Position numbers and translations under genes: made by a program | The notes under the pieces: model-generated | What the model was told of the DNA's origin: nothing | What the model saw: only the letters and a program-made list of their open reading frames with translations | The model's database searches: none | NCBI GenBank assembly: GCA_964016885.1 | Contig: OZ024746.1 | Coordinates: 54,498,001-54,562,000, forward strand | Length of the DNA stretch: 64,000 bases | From: Eledone cirrhosa | Lineage: Eukaryota | Reading direction: 5' to 3' | Shown: positions 27,824 to 39,710 of the stretch, piece by piece | Numbering within the stretch: position 1 is the stretch's first letter | Layout: every line of letters starts with the position of its first letter

Positions 27824-28006
27824 ATATATATACATTTCTGTGTGTGTAATATATATATATATACACACACAGAAATATATATATATACACACAGAAATAT
27901 ATATACATTTCTGTGTGTGTAATATATATATATATACACACACAGAAATATATATACATTTCTGTGTGTGTAATATATATATATATACACACACACAGAA
28001 ATATAT
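27824..28006. repeat. Tandem repeat of a palindromic unit tttctgtgtgtgt(a/t)nacacacacagaaa
   Basis: About 3.5 copies. Confidence 0.85.
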
Positions 28007-28776
28007 GGGCATTTCTCTGTTTGTCTGCTGTCTGTCTGTCCTTCCCTAAAACTCAAATGTAGGTGCTACAGAAATATTACCTTCCCCTTTCCTTCTCCAC
28101 TTTGGTACTACCAAGAGAAACACTGTCGCTATAGAAACATTACCTTCCCCTCTCCATTGACTTTAGTCACTGAGGCCGAGGGAATCGCTGGTTGCTATAG
28201 AGACACCTTGCACAAGCCAGAAGCAACCTGTTCGAGGTGGTTCTGATTTGACACCATGCCAAGTCTACTTATAATATATAATGGGCATTTCTCTGTTTGT
28301 TTGTCTGTCTGTCCGTCTGTAAAAATGCAAAGGTAACAAATAGACGCGGTTTCAAATTTCTATGCTTTTCAAATTCATTACATTAATCTTTATTTATACG
28401 TTTCGCTTTTCAAGTGTTTCGACTTACGAGTATTTCGGCTTACGAGTGTTTCGGCTTATCATTATATATAAACGTTTCTATTTCCATCGTTTTATCGTAA
28501 ACGTTTATATATTTCCATCGTTATATCATAACGTTTATGTATCATAACGTTTATATTTCCGTCACTAATCTCTTTTTCTCCTTTTTCGTTTTAACATATA
28601 TTTATTTCAAAGATTTCACCGTATAGATAACATATATATTTATACATGCATAAAAGACACACAGAGAGACGGTGAACATGTGGTGCCGAAAACATTTCTC
28701 ATCCAAATCTCTACAATATCAGTATATACACTAGATTTGCTAGCAGAAAACGGCCCACCGGGTGGTTTTCTGCTAG

Positions 28777-29704
28777 TCTGTATATATATAAAACTGAGGA
28801 TGTTTGTCTGTGTGTGTGTGAGTTTGAATCCCCAAAACTCAAGAAACACCCAACCGACTGTTTGCAAACTTGTAATACTTATGTAATACTTATGTTTCAG
28901 GTAGTGTTCCGAGCAAAAATATTTCAAATTTTCAATGCCCTAGGGACCACATTATGCGATTTAGCGATCTCTCTCTATATTTCTTAGTCTTTCTCTTTTT
29001 AAATAGATACATACATATAACGTGACGCCCTTATAATATCTGTCTGTATGCCTGTCTGCATTACGTCACTTCCCTGAGGATGTCTGTGTGTGTGTGTGTG
29101 TGTGTGTGAGTTTGAATCCCTAAAACTCGAGAAGTACACAAACGATTTTTTTTCAAACTTTACATGTGTATTACTTATGTTTCAGGGAATGTTATGTACA
29201 TTAAAAAAATTAAACTTTATGATCTAGAGCCCGCATTAGGTGAAACATTGCCTTTTCAGCTTTTTAGAGGTTTTTTGAGGCGTTAAGTCAGACCAATTTC
29301 CTTGAAATTGTAACTATGTATTAATTAGGCTCTTCTTCATACCGTGAGCAAAGAAAATCCAACTTGTTTATGGACTAGGTGCCGCATTAGGTGAAAAACT
29401 TCATTTTTTCAGATTTTTATGACGTTTTGGAGGCATTACGTCTAGCCCATTTTCCCGAAATTTCAAGGCATATTATGCACATTATAAAAAATTCATTTCC
29501 TTGATCCTCTAGGGCTTGCATTAGTTGAAAACCTGCATTTTTCCTGCTTCACCGAGGAAAATCTTAATGATTATCCAGCCATCAGAGTATTCGGTTTATT
29601 TTCTTTACATATTGTCCAGGCATGCAGTTTTTCCACGATCAGGTCTGTTGGCGGCCCGACTTCCAAAATACCTTATCCCGTGCAACGCCGGGTACCACTG
29701 CTAG
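28777..29704 (+). mobile_element. Non-autonomous Helitron
   Basis: 5' TCtgtatatatataaaactgagg; 3' cccgtgcaacgccggg hairpin, taccactgCTAG|T; close copy at 34473-35363. Confidence 0.85.
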
Positions 29705-30860
29705 TACATAATATAATAGCAGGAAACAGTGCTTGCAGTTGCAAGGCATATTCCACAAAACTCAGATATTCTAAATCATTGTTCTTTTTATTTGTGTTGA
29801 AGTAATATTGAAAACAAAATTCAACAACAAATATGTGACACATATTCTATTGAATATACTTAAAAAATAAGACGTATAAAATATAGGAAACGAAAGAAGC
29901 TGATTATCAAGTCAGGCTAAGAAAATAATGTTTTCATTAATCTTTCTGTTGCTGACATTATTAGGTGGTCGCATCGATGGTCAGGAGTCGGGATTTTAAC
30001 TGAGAGAGCTCCGATCCAGAAGAAAATAAGAATGTATTTAATCCGACTCTGCTAAATATGGAAATAAACATAAACAATAAAATGAATTGCAACAAAATTG
30101 CTTCAGACATCGATATGTGGTTAAAGAGTTATCTACAAAGCTACTGGGTATATGAACATATAACCCCCGATGAAGTAATGTCAATAATAGCTATATAATT
30201 CTACGATTGATGAAACAACTGTGTGATCTGCGTAGGTTCAAACGACGGGTGTTCTAGTTTGATCTAACGAAGAACCTCCTCGTAAAATTAACGTACACAT
30301 TTTACAGACACATGTATTCTTAACATAGTTTCTCGGAATATTCCAGCATGTCACTGCGCCTGACTTGTCAACTCTCCCCGTCTGAAGGGGAATTCTCCGC
30401 GTTTTGTCTCATTTCTCTCCGTCCCCTCCTTGTTGTGAAAATGGGTATAGCTTTCCTTATGTAAAATCTTGAGTTTGGTAGGCCCGCAATATGAGTTAAG
30501 GCTGATTCTTTGAATTAGAGGTACAACTGATTTTCTCCAGATGAGCATATTTGAAAACTTTTATATAAAGTGTCTTCAGAAATCGAACGCACGATCATAG
30601 CCGAAGAACCTAACCACTAAGCCGTCTGCTTTTTCAATTAGTGAAAGTAGTTCACTGCTATTTGTATATACAGTCGTTAAACATCAGATAGCACTGTACG
30701 TCTCCCATAAAAAACACACACCCGTGACCGTCCTCATGTCCTATTAACACACTCTACTCCTTTCATTTCTTTGCTTTCTGAGTTCAAATCCCACCAATGC
30801 AATATTTTATTTTCACGCGGTTGAGGTCCATAAATCAAATCCCAGTCTCGCACAACAGCA

Positions 30861-30891
<31 letters not shown>

Positions 30892-30975
30892 CTTCTTCTT
30901 CTTCTTCTTCTTCTTCTTCTTCTTCTTCTTCTTCTTCTTCTTCTTCTTCTTCTTCTTCTTCTTCTTCTTCTTCTT
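30861..30975. repeat. (CTT)n microsatellite
   Basis: Direct inspection. Confidence 0.97.
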
Positions 30976-31372
30976 CTCTCTCTTTCTCTTTCTTTCTTCA
31001 GAAGTAATCAGCTTTGCTCAGTTCAGGAGAAGGATGCGCTCCAGCAGCTTTATCTTGCGCAACGCTGTGGCCCTATGAAACAATCATGTTTTAAGAGCCA
31101 ATAACATGGCATCGAAAGGATGTTTTATATCCTCCGTGGGTAGAATAGAGAGCAAACTTAAACTTGGTGGAATTTGAACTCACAACTTAAAATTATTAAA
31201 TATTAGACGAAGTCATATAATTGTACGAATCATAAAACATATCTAACAGTTGTCACAGACAGGTAATCCTCCAAACTATGTATTTAGCTAACTAGGTAGC
31301 TGTCTATATAATTATCTGTCTACTTATCTGATTATACACACTCTCCTTTTCTCTAAACCTACGTGTCTCTGT

Positions 31373-31430
<58 letters not shown>

Positions 31431-31461
31431 GTCTGTCTATCTGTTTGTCTGTCTGTATGTG

Positions 31462-31498
<37 letters not shown>

Positions 31499-31552
31499 GT
31501 CTGTCTATCTGTCTGTGTGTATGTCTGTATGACTGTCTGTGTCTATCTATCT
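31373..31552. repeat. (CTAT)n/(CTGT)n tetranucleotide repeat
   Basis: Direct inspection. Confidence 0.95.
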
Positions 31553-32243
31553 AGTTAGAGCTAGTTAGCTATCTTATAATCTATGTATGCAGGTAGTTAG
31601 ATATATATTTAATTATCAATCCATCTATTATTTACACATGCGCATACACAACACACGCAGAGGCACATATACAATCGCAGCTATCAGCTAATTCAAATTT
31701 CCTACTATGTTTCTGTCTCATTTGACTCTTTCCTCGTCGCAGTTTCTCTAATCTCCTTACTCTCCTTTACCTTTTCATCTTTCAATACACACCAAATATC
31801 ACTGTAATTCTCCCACCAAAATGCACCACCACTGCCATCACCGACATCAGGTCCCATTAACATCCTCTACTCCTTCCTATGTCTCACTCTTCCTCCCACA
31901 CTTTCTCATACAATTTCGCTCCCTCTACCATATCCGCAGCCAGATCACCAATCTCTGCCATATAAAAATCTAGAATTACACTGCAATGTCACAGTGATCT
32001 GTTTGACTGCAAACGGTATCGATTTTGTCACCGGAACACATTGGAAAGAAGCAGGGAATATTGCGAAAGAAGACGTAAGCAGAGCTGGAGTAGATTTTCA
32101 GCAACGCTGCAGTGTCCCACTTGAGATTACGAAGACAAAAAAAAAGAACATATTTAAGATTTCCTTCTTAACCGTTTAGATTTAATCAGTTAATTAAACT
32201 AATTAGCTTGGTTTTGAACAAGTCTATATAGTTTATGTATGTA

Positions 32244-32284
<41 letters not shown>

Positions 32285-32369
32285 GTATGTATGTATACAT
32301 GTTGGTTTGCATTTATGTATGTAGGTATATATACATAAATAGTTGCATGTGTGTATGCATTTAGGTTCG

Positions 32370-32439
<70 letters not shown>

Positions 32440-32523
32440 AAAGGTAAACAGAAATAACAACACAATCGGTACAGCATATGGCAGGTATATATTAGGTTAA
32501 CGCTTGAAATAGCAGGAAGAGGA

Positions 32524-32559
32524 TCTTAACGTTTCGAACGCTTGTCCTTCATCAGAAGA
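32524..32559 (-). ncRNA. Minimal type I hammerhead ribozyme with canonical core
   Basis: rc: tctt-CTGATGA-a-ggac(aagc)gttc-GAAA-cg-TT-aaga; palindromic ACGT stem III. Confidence 0.8.
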
Positions 32560-33103
32560 AAGAATGATAAATTAGAAGGATTGAAGGAACGGGTGGGAGG
32601 GAATCGAAAACAATGTTTTTAGAGATATATAACAGGTCCAATCATGTTGACATCTGTTGGAAAACTCTTGATGCTGAGGTTTTTTGAATGATATACATTT
32701 TTAGAAAAGTTGATGATGGAGCGCATCTACCTGAAGTGGAAAAAAAACGTCTTGTATTTAGACCTATACGTGTGCGCGTGCGTATGCATGAGTGTGTGCG
32801 TGAGTGTGTTATTATACATTCGTGCGAAGCTGTGAACAAAAGTATGTTAATATGTGTGTGTGTGTGTGTGTGTGTGTATACAGATCTGTAAAGGGAAAGT
32901 AGAAGTGTGTGTGCGTATGTACTTGGTCTGTATCAGCTGTAAGAGTATATATATATATATATTAGAATATCAGATTAAAGTTTAAGGAAAGAATTGCTGC
33001 TTTCACCCTAAACGGGATCTTCTGAAACTGATATATATAATATCCTTATCGAGCCCTCTTTGGATTTTAGTCTTCATATTTATTATTATTATTATTTTAC
33101 ACA

Positions 33104-33294
33104 GGGCGGTGAATTGGCAGTATCGGTAGAGGGTCGGGTATGCTTTCCAGCATAGTTACGTCCCTTTAAAATCTGAGTTCAAATCCCGCCGAGGTTAACT
33201 TTGCCTTTCATCCTTACGGGGTCGATAAAATAAAGTACCAGTAATGTATTGGGATAATTGCTGGCCTTGTGCCAAAAATAGAAACAATTATTAT
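33104..33294 (+). mobile_element. SINE S1
   Basis: Full match to 7111-7297. Confidence 0.9.
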
Positions 33295-33300
33295 TTCATA

Positions 33301-34434
33301 CAAGCAGTGGTGCCAGGCGTTGCACGGGATAAGGTATTTTGAAAGTTGGGCCGCCAACAGACCTAATCGTTGCAAAACTGCATGCCTGGACATTATGTAA
33401 AGAAAATGTACCGAATACTCTGATGGCTGGCTAATCTTTAAGACTTTCCTCGATGAAGCAGGAATAATGCAGGTTTTCACGTATTGCGAGCCCTAGAGGA
33501 TCAAGAAAATGAATTTTTTTTTATGTGCATAATATGCCTTGAAATTTCGGGAAAATCGGCTAGACGTAACGCCTCAAAAAAGCCTTAAAAAGATGAAAAA
33601 ATGAAGTTTTTCACTTAATGCGGGCCCTAGGCCATGAAAAAGTTGGATTTTTTTGCTCACGGTATGAACAAGAGACTGACTAATACATAGTTACAATTTC
33701 AATGAAATTGCTCTGACGTAACGACTCAAAAAACCCCTAAAAGCTGAAAAAACGCAGTTTTTCACCTAATCACGTAGGGGATCAAAAAGTTAAATTCTTT
33801 AATGTGCATAACACTCCCTGAAACATAAGTAATACACGTGTAAAGTTTGAAAAAAATCGTTTGCGTATTTCTCGAGTTTTAGGGATTCTAACTCACAAAC
33901 ATCCTCAGTTATCTACTTATATATATAACCAGCAATTTCTCTGTCTGTCTGTCCGACAGTGGAAACACGTGCGTAGAGAGAGAGTGAGAGTGAAAGAAAG
34001 AGACAGACAGACTACGAGAGGGGGATAGCGGGAGGGAGAGAGGGAGAGAGAGTGAGTGAATAGACGCTAAAGCACGTGCTACAGAAACATTACCTTCCCC
34101 TCTCCACTGACTTTGGTCACTGAGGCCGAGGGAATCGCGCCGAGCGCGTCATAATGACGTAATGCAGACAGCCAGACATACAGACAGATATTATAAGGGC
34201 GCAACGTTATATCTATGTATCTATCTAAAGAGAAAGACTAAGAATTATATAGAGAGAACGTTAAATCGCCTAATGCGGTCCCTAGGGCATTGAAAATTTG
34301 AAATAATTTTTGCTCAAAACACTCACAGGACCATAAGTATTACATGTCTAAAGTTTGAAAACAATCGGTTGGATGGTTCTCAAGTTTTAGTGAGCTGACA
34401 GACAGACAGACATTCTCTGTTTTAGATATATAGA
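33301..34434 (-). mobile_element. Non-autonomous Helitron, inverted relative to 34473-35363 and interrupted by a related module at about 33912-34150
   Basis: 33301-33911 is the reverse complement of about 34765-35363; 34155-34434 is the reverse complement of about 34473-34757; 3' end reads CTTG instead of CTAG. Confidence 0.8.
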
Positions 34435-34472
34435 CTAGCAGAAAACCGGCCCCCCGATTGGTTTTCTGCTAG

Positions 34473-35362
34473 TCTATATATATAAAACTGAGGATGTCTG
34501 TGTGTGTGTGAGTTTGAATCCCTGAAACTCGAGAACAACCAAACCGACTGTTTTCAAACTTTACACATGTAATACTTATGTTTCAGGGAGTATTCTGAGC
34601 AAAACAAATTTCAAATTTCCCTTGCCCTAGGGACCGCACGAGGCGATTTAGCGAGCTCTCTCCATAATTCTTAGTCTTTCTCTCTTTAGATAGATACATA
34701 CATATAACGTCGCGCCCTGATAATATCTGTCTGTATGTCTGGCTGTCTGCATTACGCTAATTCCCTGAGGATGTCTGTCTGTGTGTGTGTGTGTGTCTGT
34801 GAGTTTGAATCCCTAAAACTCGAGTAGTACTCAACCGACTTTTTTCAAACTTTACATGTGTATTACTTATATTTCAGGGAGTGTTATGCACATAAACAAA
34901 TTCAACTTTTTCATCCCCTAGAGCCCGTATTAGGTGAACAACTGCGTTTTTTCAGGATTTTAGGGTTCTTTTAGTCGTTACGTCAGACTCATTTCCTTGA
35001 AATTGTAACTATGTATTAGTCATACCGTGAGCAAAGAAAATCCAACTTTTTTATAGCCTTGGGGCCGCATTAGGTGGAAAACTTCATTTTATCAGCTTTT
35101 TAGGGCTTTTTTGAGGCGTTACGTCTAGACGATTTTCCTGAAATTTCAAGACATGCACATAAGAAAAATTCATTTTCTTGATCCCCTAGGGCCCGCATTT
35201 TTCCTACTTCATCGAGGAAAATCTTAAAGATTATCCAACCATCAGAGTATTCGGTTTATTATCTTTAAATATTGTCCACGCATGCAGTTTTTCCACGATT
35301 CGGTCTGTTGGGGGCCGCGTTATAAAATACCTTATCCCGTGCAGCGCCGGGTACCACTGCTA

Positions 35363-35363
<1 letters not shown>
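34473..35363 (+). mobile_element. Non-autonomous Helitron
   Basis: TCtatatatataaaactgagg ... cccgtgcagcgccggg-taccactgCTAG|T. Confidence 0.85.
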
Positions 35364-35405
<42 letters not shown>

Positions 35406-35477
35406 TAGTTTAAATAAGCGAAATTGTTAAAGCATTTATAAATTTTGGTTTTATTTAAGCTATTAAATAAAACTAAT

Positions 35478-35667
35478 ATAAGCACAAGGCGTATATTTTT
35501 GGGGAGGGGAAAGTCAATTAAATCGACTCCAGTACATTACTGGTGCTTTATTTTTATGAAAGGCAAAGTTAACCCCGGCGGAATTTGAACAAGTCTGTAA
35601 AGTACCGTAACTCTATTCTCCAAGGCATGGTGACCGTCTCTCTACCGATACTCCCAATCCACCGCCC
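35478..35667 (-). mobile_element. SINE S1, long variant
   Basis: Reverse complement of the S1 head and body. Confidence 0.8.
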
Positions 35668-36152
35668 TTTTAAAACTCTTAATGTATAACATCTCTACGT
35701 GAACCTCATTGCATTGAGCTACAAAAACGACCTGTAGTTAAGTATAAATACTCCCATTAATATTATAATTATGAAATATATTATAATATTAGTACTACTA
35801 ATGTATATATATTTTTGTTGAGCCTGAGATTCCTAGTCTTCATTAATTCATCCCTCTTCGAAGTCAATCTGATATAAAATTTGCGACATCGTTTGCATCA
35901 ATGATGTAGACCTGACCCGTCTCTTCTTTTTGGGCAAATGCAATCGATGTGAGTGAGATTGGCCCCGTGCAAAGCCTTTCCTCATTTAAAAAAAGGTTTA
36001 AGCGCAGGCATCAATTGATATATGACATTGTTTGTGGTATTGTTGGCCATAAGCAAGTATCTAGCATGAGTAAAAAGCCACGTGCCTGATGCTCATGCTT
36101 AATATGATCGATAGCATTACTTGAAATCGTGATACAGACATCCTATGCATAT

Positions 36153-36249
<97 letters not shown>

Positions 36250-36265
36250 TACACACACACACACA

Positions 36266-36343
36266 CAGGGTGTCCCCTAAAATGAATACACTCTTCAACA
36301 GGTTTCTAATAAATATGTGTATACATTTTTGGTGGACACCCTG
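36266..36343. mobile_element. Tiny Tc1/mariner-type MITE
   Basis: Terminal inverted repeats cagggtgtcc / ggacaccctg|TA; inner arms aaaatgaatacac / gtgtatacatttt. Confidence 0.75.
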
Positions 36344-36611
36344 TATATGTATTTATATATATATTTATATATATATATACCACCCTTGTATGGGCTCCGC
36401 AAAAACCACAAGACAGTCGACGACCCGCCACAGGACCACCAACAAGACCCGTATGCGGAGCTAATATAGCTAGCAACTACAGGATATCCTACTTCCTCTC
36501 AATGGTTATACGCCCCATAATCAAGATGTCCCCAGATGTATGTGACAGTACAGAATCAGTGAGTGCAACAACAACAAAAACAGGAACCTATCCAACTGCA
36601 TAATAGGCAGC

Positions 36612-38123
36612 ATGGATGTGGTATCACTGTACCCATCCATTAACATTGATTTTGCTGTGGAAAAATGTGTGGAGATTATCATTGAGAGTGAGGTGGAGTT
36701 CTGCGACGTCGACACAGACGAACTGGGCCTCCTACTTAGACTTACCTACGACACTGACTACCTAGACAGCCATGACCTTAGACGTTTCTGCCCTAGTAGA
36801 CCCATAAGAGGTAGACGCCCCACCATAACCTCCATGGCAAAAAAGACTCCCATGGGAAGGTGGATTGGGTGGACCAAAGCTATAGGGACCCCCCAAAACA
36901 ATGATCAGGTAAGAAAAATGGTCGCACATGCAATAGGGGCTAGTATCAAAACTGCCCTAAAGGGCCACATATTCAAGTTCAACGAGAAGATCTACACCCA
37001 AAATGAGGGAGCAGCCATTGGCGTCAGCATAGCTGGTGATGTTGCCAACCTTTTTATGGTATGGTGGGAAAGAAGACTTAAAGATCTCCTTAATGAGAGC
37101 TCCATAGACCTCATCATGTACTCTCGTTACGTAGACGATATCAATATAGTTATAAGAACATCCCCACTAGAGAGCACTAACAAGTTTGATTTAGAACGTA
37201 GCACAATGGAAAGCATCCAGCAGATAGCTAATTCCATACACCAGAGTATAACTGTAACTATCGACTACCCTTCCAAACACCCTAACAATAGACTACCTGT
37301 ATTAGACACGGAACTCTGGATTAACACTATAGACGAGAGAGCCCCAATTCTCCACTCACACTATGCTAAATCCATGACCTCCAAATACCTGATACTCAAA
37401 AACTCAGCAATGTCCAGTAGTGCTAAGTTTAATATTCTGATCGCAGATTTGGTACGAGTGATGAAGAATGTGTCCCGCATGTGCGACCCAACAGAAATGG
37501 AAAGACACATCCAACACTTCATCAACCGCATGCAGTTCTCTGGCTACAACCAAAGAGACAAAGTCAGAGTATACGAAGGAGCCATGGGGAAGTATAAGAC
37601 CCTCATAGAACTGGACATGAAAGGAATTTGCCCATTATATAGGAGCAGATCCTGGAATAGCTTAGATAGGGCTAGACATAGGATAGGGAAAGCCAGCTCA
37701 TGGTACGACAACCAGAGATACCAGAGTGTCATGTTTGTGGATGCTACCCCTGGATGGAAATTTGCTAACCAGTGTATAAATGCCCTGAGAAAGACCCACT
37801 TAAAGATTAAGGTGGTAGAAAAGCCAGGAACCACCATAAAATCCCTGATCAGCAAAACCTACCCTTTTAATATAACCCACTGTACTAATAGGAAGTGTAT
37901 CATATGTAAGGTAAACCCCCGGATAAAGTGTAAAACTAGAAACGTAGTCTATAGCATAAGATTTACAGAGGGTACTTGCAGAAACATGACAACAACATAC
38001 ATAGGCGAAACAGCTCGTAGCATAGGTGAAAGGATAGACCAACTCTGGGGGGAACTAAAAGGACGAGAAAAAACGGGTCAGTACTATACGAACATGCCAG
38101 ACAACAACACGACGGTAACATAG
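36612..38123 (+). CDS. Penelope-type reverse transcriptase plus GIY-YIG endonuclease (partial; frameshifted at both ends)
   Basis: MDVVSLYPSI, QNEGAAIG, YSRYVDDI, LPVLD (RT); CTNRKCIIC linker; NVVYSI...YIGETARSIGERI (GIY-YIG). Confidence 0.9.
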   Translation: MDVVSLYPSINIDFAVEKCVEIIIESEVEFCDVDTDELGLLLRLTYDTDYLDSHDLRRFCPSRPIRGRRPTITSMAKKTPMGRWIGWTKAIGTPQNNDQVRKMVAHAIGASIKTALKGHIFKFNEKIYTQNEGAAIGVSIAGDVANLFMVWWERRLKDLLNESSIDLIMYSRYVDDINIVIRTSPLESTNKFDLERSTMESIQQIANSIHQSITVTIDYPSKHPNNRLPVLDTELWINTIDERAPILHSHYAKSMTSKYLILKNSAMSSSAKFNILIADLVRVMKNVSRMCDPTEMERHIQHFINRMQFSGYNQRDKVRVYEGAMGKYKTLIELDMKGICPLYRSRSWNSLDRARHRIGKASSWYDNQRYQSVMFVDATPGWKFANQCINALRKTHLKIKVVEKPGTTIKSLISKTYPFNITHCTNRKCIICKVNPRIKCKTRNVVYSIRFTEGTCRNMTTTYIGETARSIGERIDQLWGELKGREKTGQYYTNMPDNNTTVT

Positions 38124-38563
38124 ACAACATAGAAATTTGAATAATATCTAAACATAGAAATGACTCAGCAGATAGGCAAATCAGAGAGGCCAGTGAAATA
38201 GAACTTAGAAGGCCAAGACTAAACAGAAAGAATGAATGGAATAACAACAACACCCAAATAAACAACACTGACCTAAGAGAAGTATAAATAAATAGATAAA
38301 TAAATAAATAAATAAATACATACACAAGCACAATAACAACAAACACATATAAACACACACTAGTAAATATAGAATACATTAACCAATACACAGTCACCCA
38401 ATCACGAACACACATCAAACAAAACACTATACACACACGCAAACGCATGCGCAAAGAAGACAAAATAAAATAAACAAACAAACAAATAAATAAATAAATA
38501 AATATATAAACAGACTAAATAAAGATGGCGTAGAAATACAATGCAACGGGAGGAATCTATAGC

Positions 38564-38605
38564 ACCACTGACGATGTTGCAGATGTGCAACGAAAGAACC
38601 TTGAT
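38564..38605 (+). ncRNA. Hammerhead-like motif in first pseudo-LTR (cleavage site and stem I decayed)
   Basis: CTGACGA-t-gttgca(gatg)tgcaac-GAAA-gaacct. Confidence 0.65.
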
Positions 38606-38865
38606 AAACTATATATATGTGTTTGTGTCAATATTGTATCTGTATTATTTATGACCGTTGCTCAGTCAATGGCAACATTGAGGACCGCATAAATTTGATT
38701 ACCGATATAAAAGACACAGAAGCAAAAAGCGAAAACCAACCAAACAGTGAGTGTGTTCTGTTATTAATTCTGGCAATATTACACAAATATGACCCTCCCC
38801 AAGTATAACAAAATGGCGTAGGATAGAAGAAAGGAAAGGCACAGAAACAAAGGAAAGGAATCCCC

Positions 38866-38910
38866 AGTCACTGAAGAGATCACAGAGTGTGTGACGAAAG
38901 GACTATGACT
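38866..38910 (+). ncRNA. Minimal hammerhead ribozyme in second pseudo-LTR
   Basis: agtca-CTGAAGA-gatcaca(gagtg)tgtgac-GAAA-g(ga)c-TA-tgact. Confidence 0.75.
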
Positions 38911-39255
38911 ATATATAAACAACTATCTGGTTGTGGAACCAACCAACCAACCAGAAATTTATAAGTTTGTAAATTTGTAAATTTATAAATTTATAAATAT
39001 ATAATAAATTGAAGTGAAAGCAACTGGTGCGTGTGTTTCTTATTGGCAACATGACCCTCCCAAAGTATAACAATATCGGTTTCAACACACGATTTCAGAT
39101 AAAGAATCTTGCTAAACAAATTCAGAAACGAAATATATATATAGTTTATTTGGCAATATACTGTATGCTTAATTTAAAACATTTTGAAGACCTTGCGATA
39201 TTATTTTAACGTAGTGACTATGTCACTTATTCTTTTTTCAACAAACAAAGGCAGA

Positions 39256-39358
39256 AATTGAAAATTAGAATTGGTGCTCTGAAATAGCGGTGGAATATAC
39301 GATATATATATTCATGTATACATCGCTATTTCAGAGCACCAATTCTAATTTTCAATTT
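39256..39358. repeat. Inverted repeat with ~35-bp perfect arms
   Basis: aaattgaaaattagaattggtgctctgaaatagcg / cgctatttcagagcaccaattctaattttcaattt. Confidence 0.9.
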
Positions 39359-39360
39359 TT

Positions 39361-39655
39361 GTATCGGTAGAGCGTCAGACACCATGTTTTGCAGCATAGT
39401 TATATTACTTTGAGTTCTGAGTTCAAATCCGCCGAGGTTAACTTTGCCTTTCATCCTTACGAGGTCGATAAAATAAAGTACCAGTGGTGCACTGGGGTAA
39501 TCGCTGGCCTTGTGCCAAAGTTTCTACCTTTGGCACAAGGCCAGCGATTACCCAGTGGTACTTTATTTTATCGATCCCGTAAGGATGAAAGGCAAAGTTA
39601 ACCTTGGCGGGATTTGAACTCAGTCCGTAAAGGGACGTAACTGTGCTGCAAAGCA
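39361..39655. mobile_element. Two SINE S1 copies fused tail-to-tail
   Basis: + copy 39361-39520 and - copy 39521-39655; junction gccttgtgccaaag-tttctac-ctttggcacaaggc. Confidence 0.9.
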
Positions 39656-39671
39656 TAGGTGTCATCTTTCC

Positions 39672-39710
<39 letters not shown>

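Larger units (their letters stand above)
36379..39090 (+). mobile_element. 5'-truncated Penelope-like retroelement (C-terminal endonuclease, Neptune-like Cys linker) with two tandem diverged pseudo-LTRs
   Basis: Starts at (TA)n with [11 protein letters not shown] (RT motif); RT and GIY-YIG follow; pseudo-LTRs at about 38510-38810 and 38810-39090 both start agatggcgtag-like and end atgaccctcc..aagtataaca. Confidence 0.9.

Noticed and set aside
38124-38280. In-frame TGA in the Penelope endonuclease tail as a selenocysteine codon, as in some Naiad elements
   Set aside because: It aligns to Lys in the 1030-1245 copy, not Cys, and lies beside a frameshift; ordinary decay is more likely
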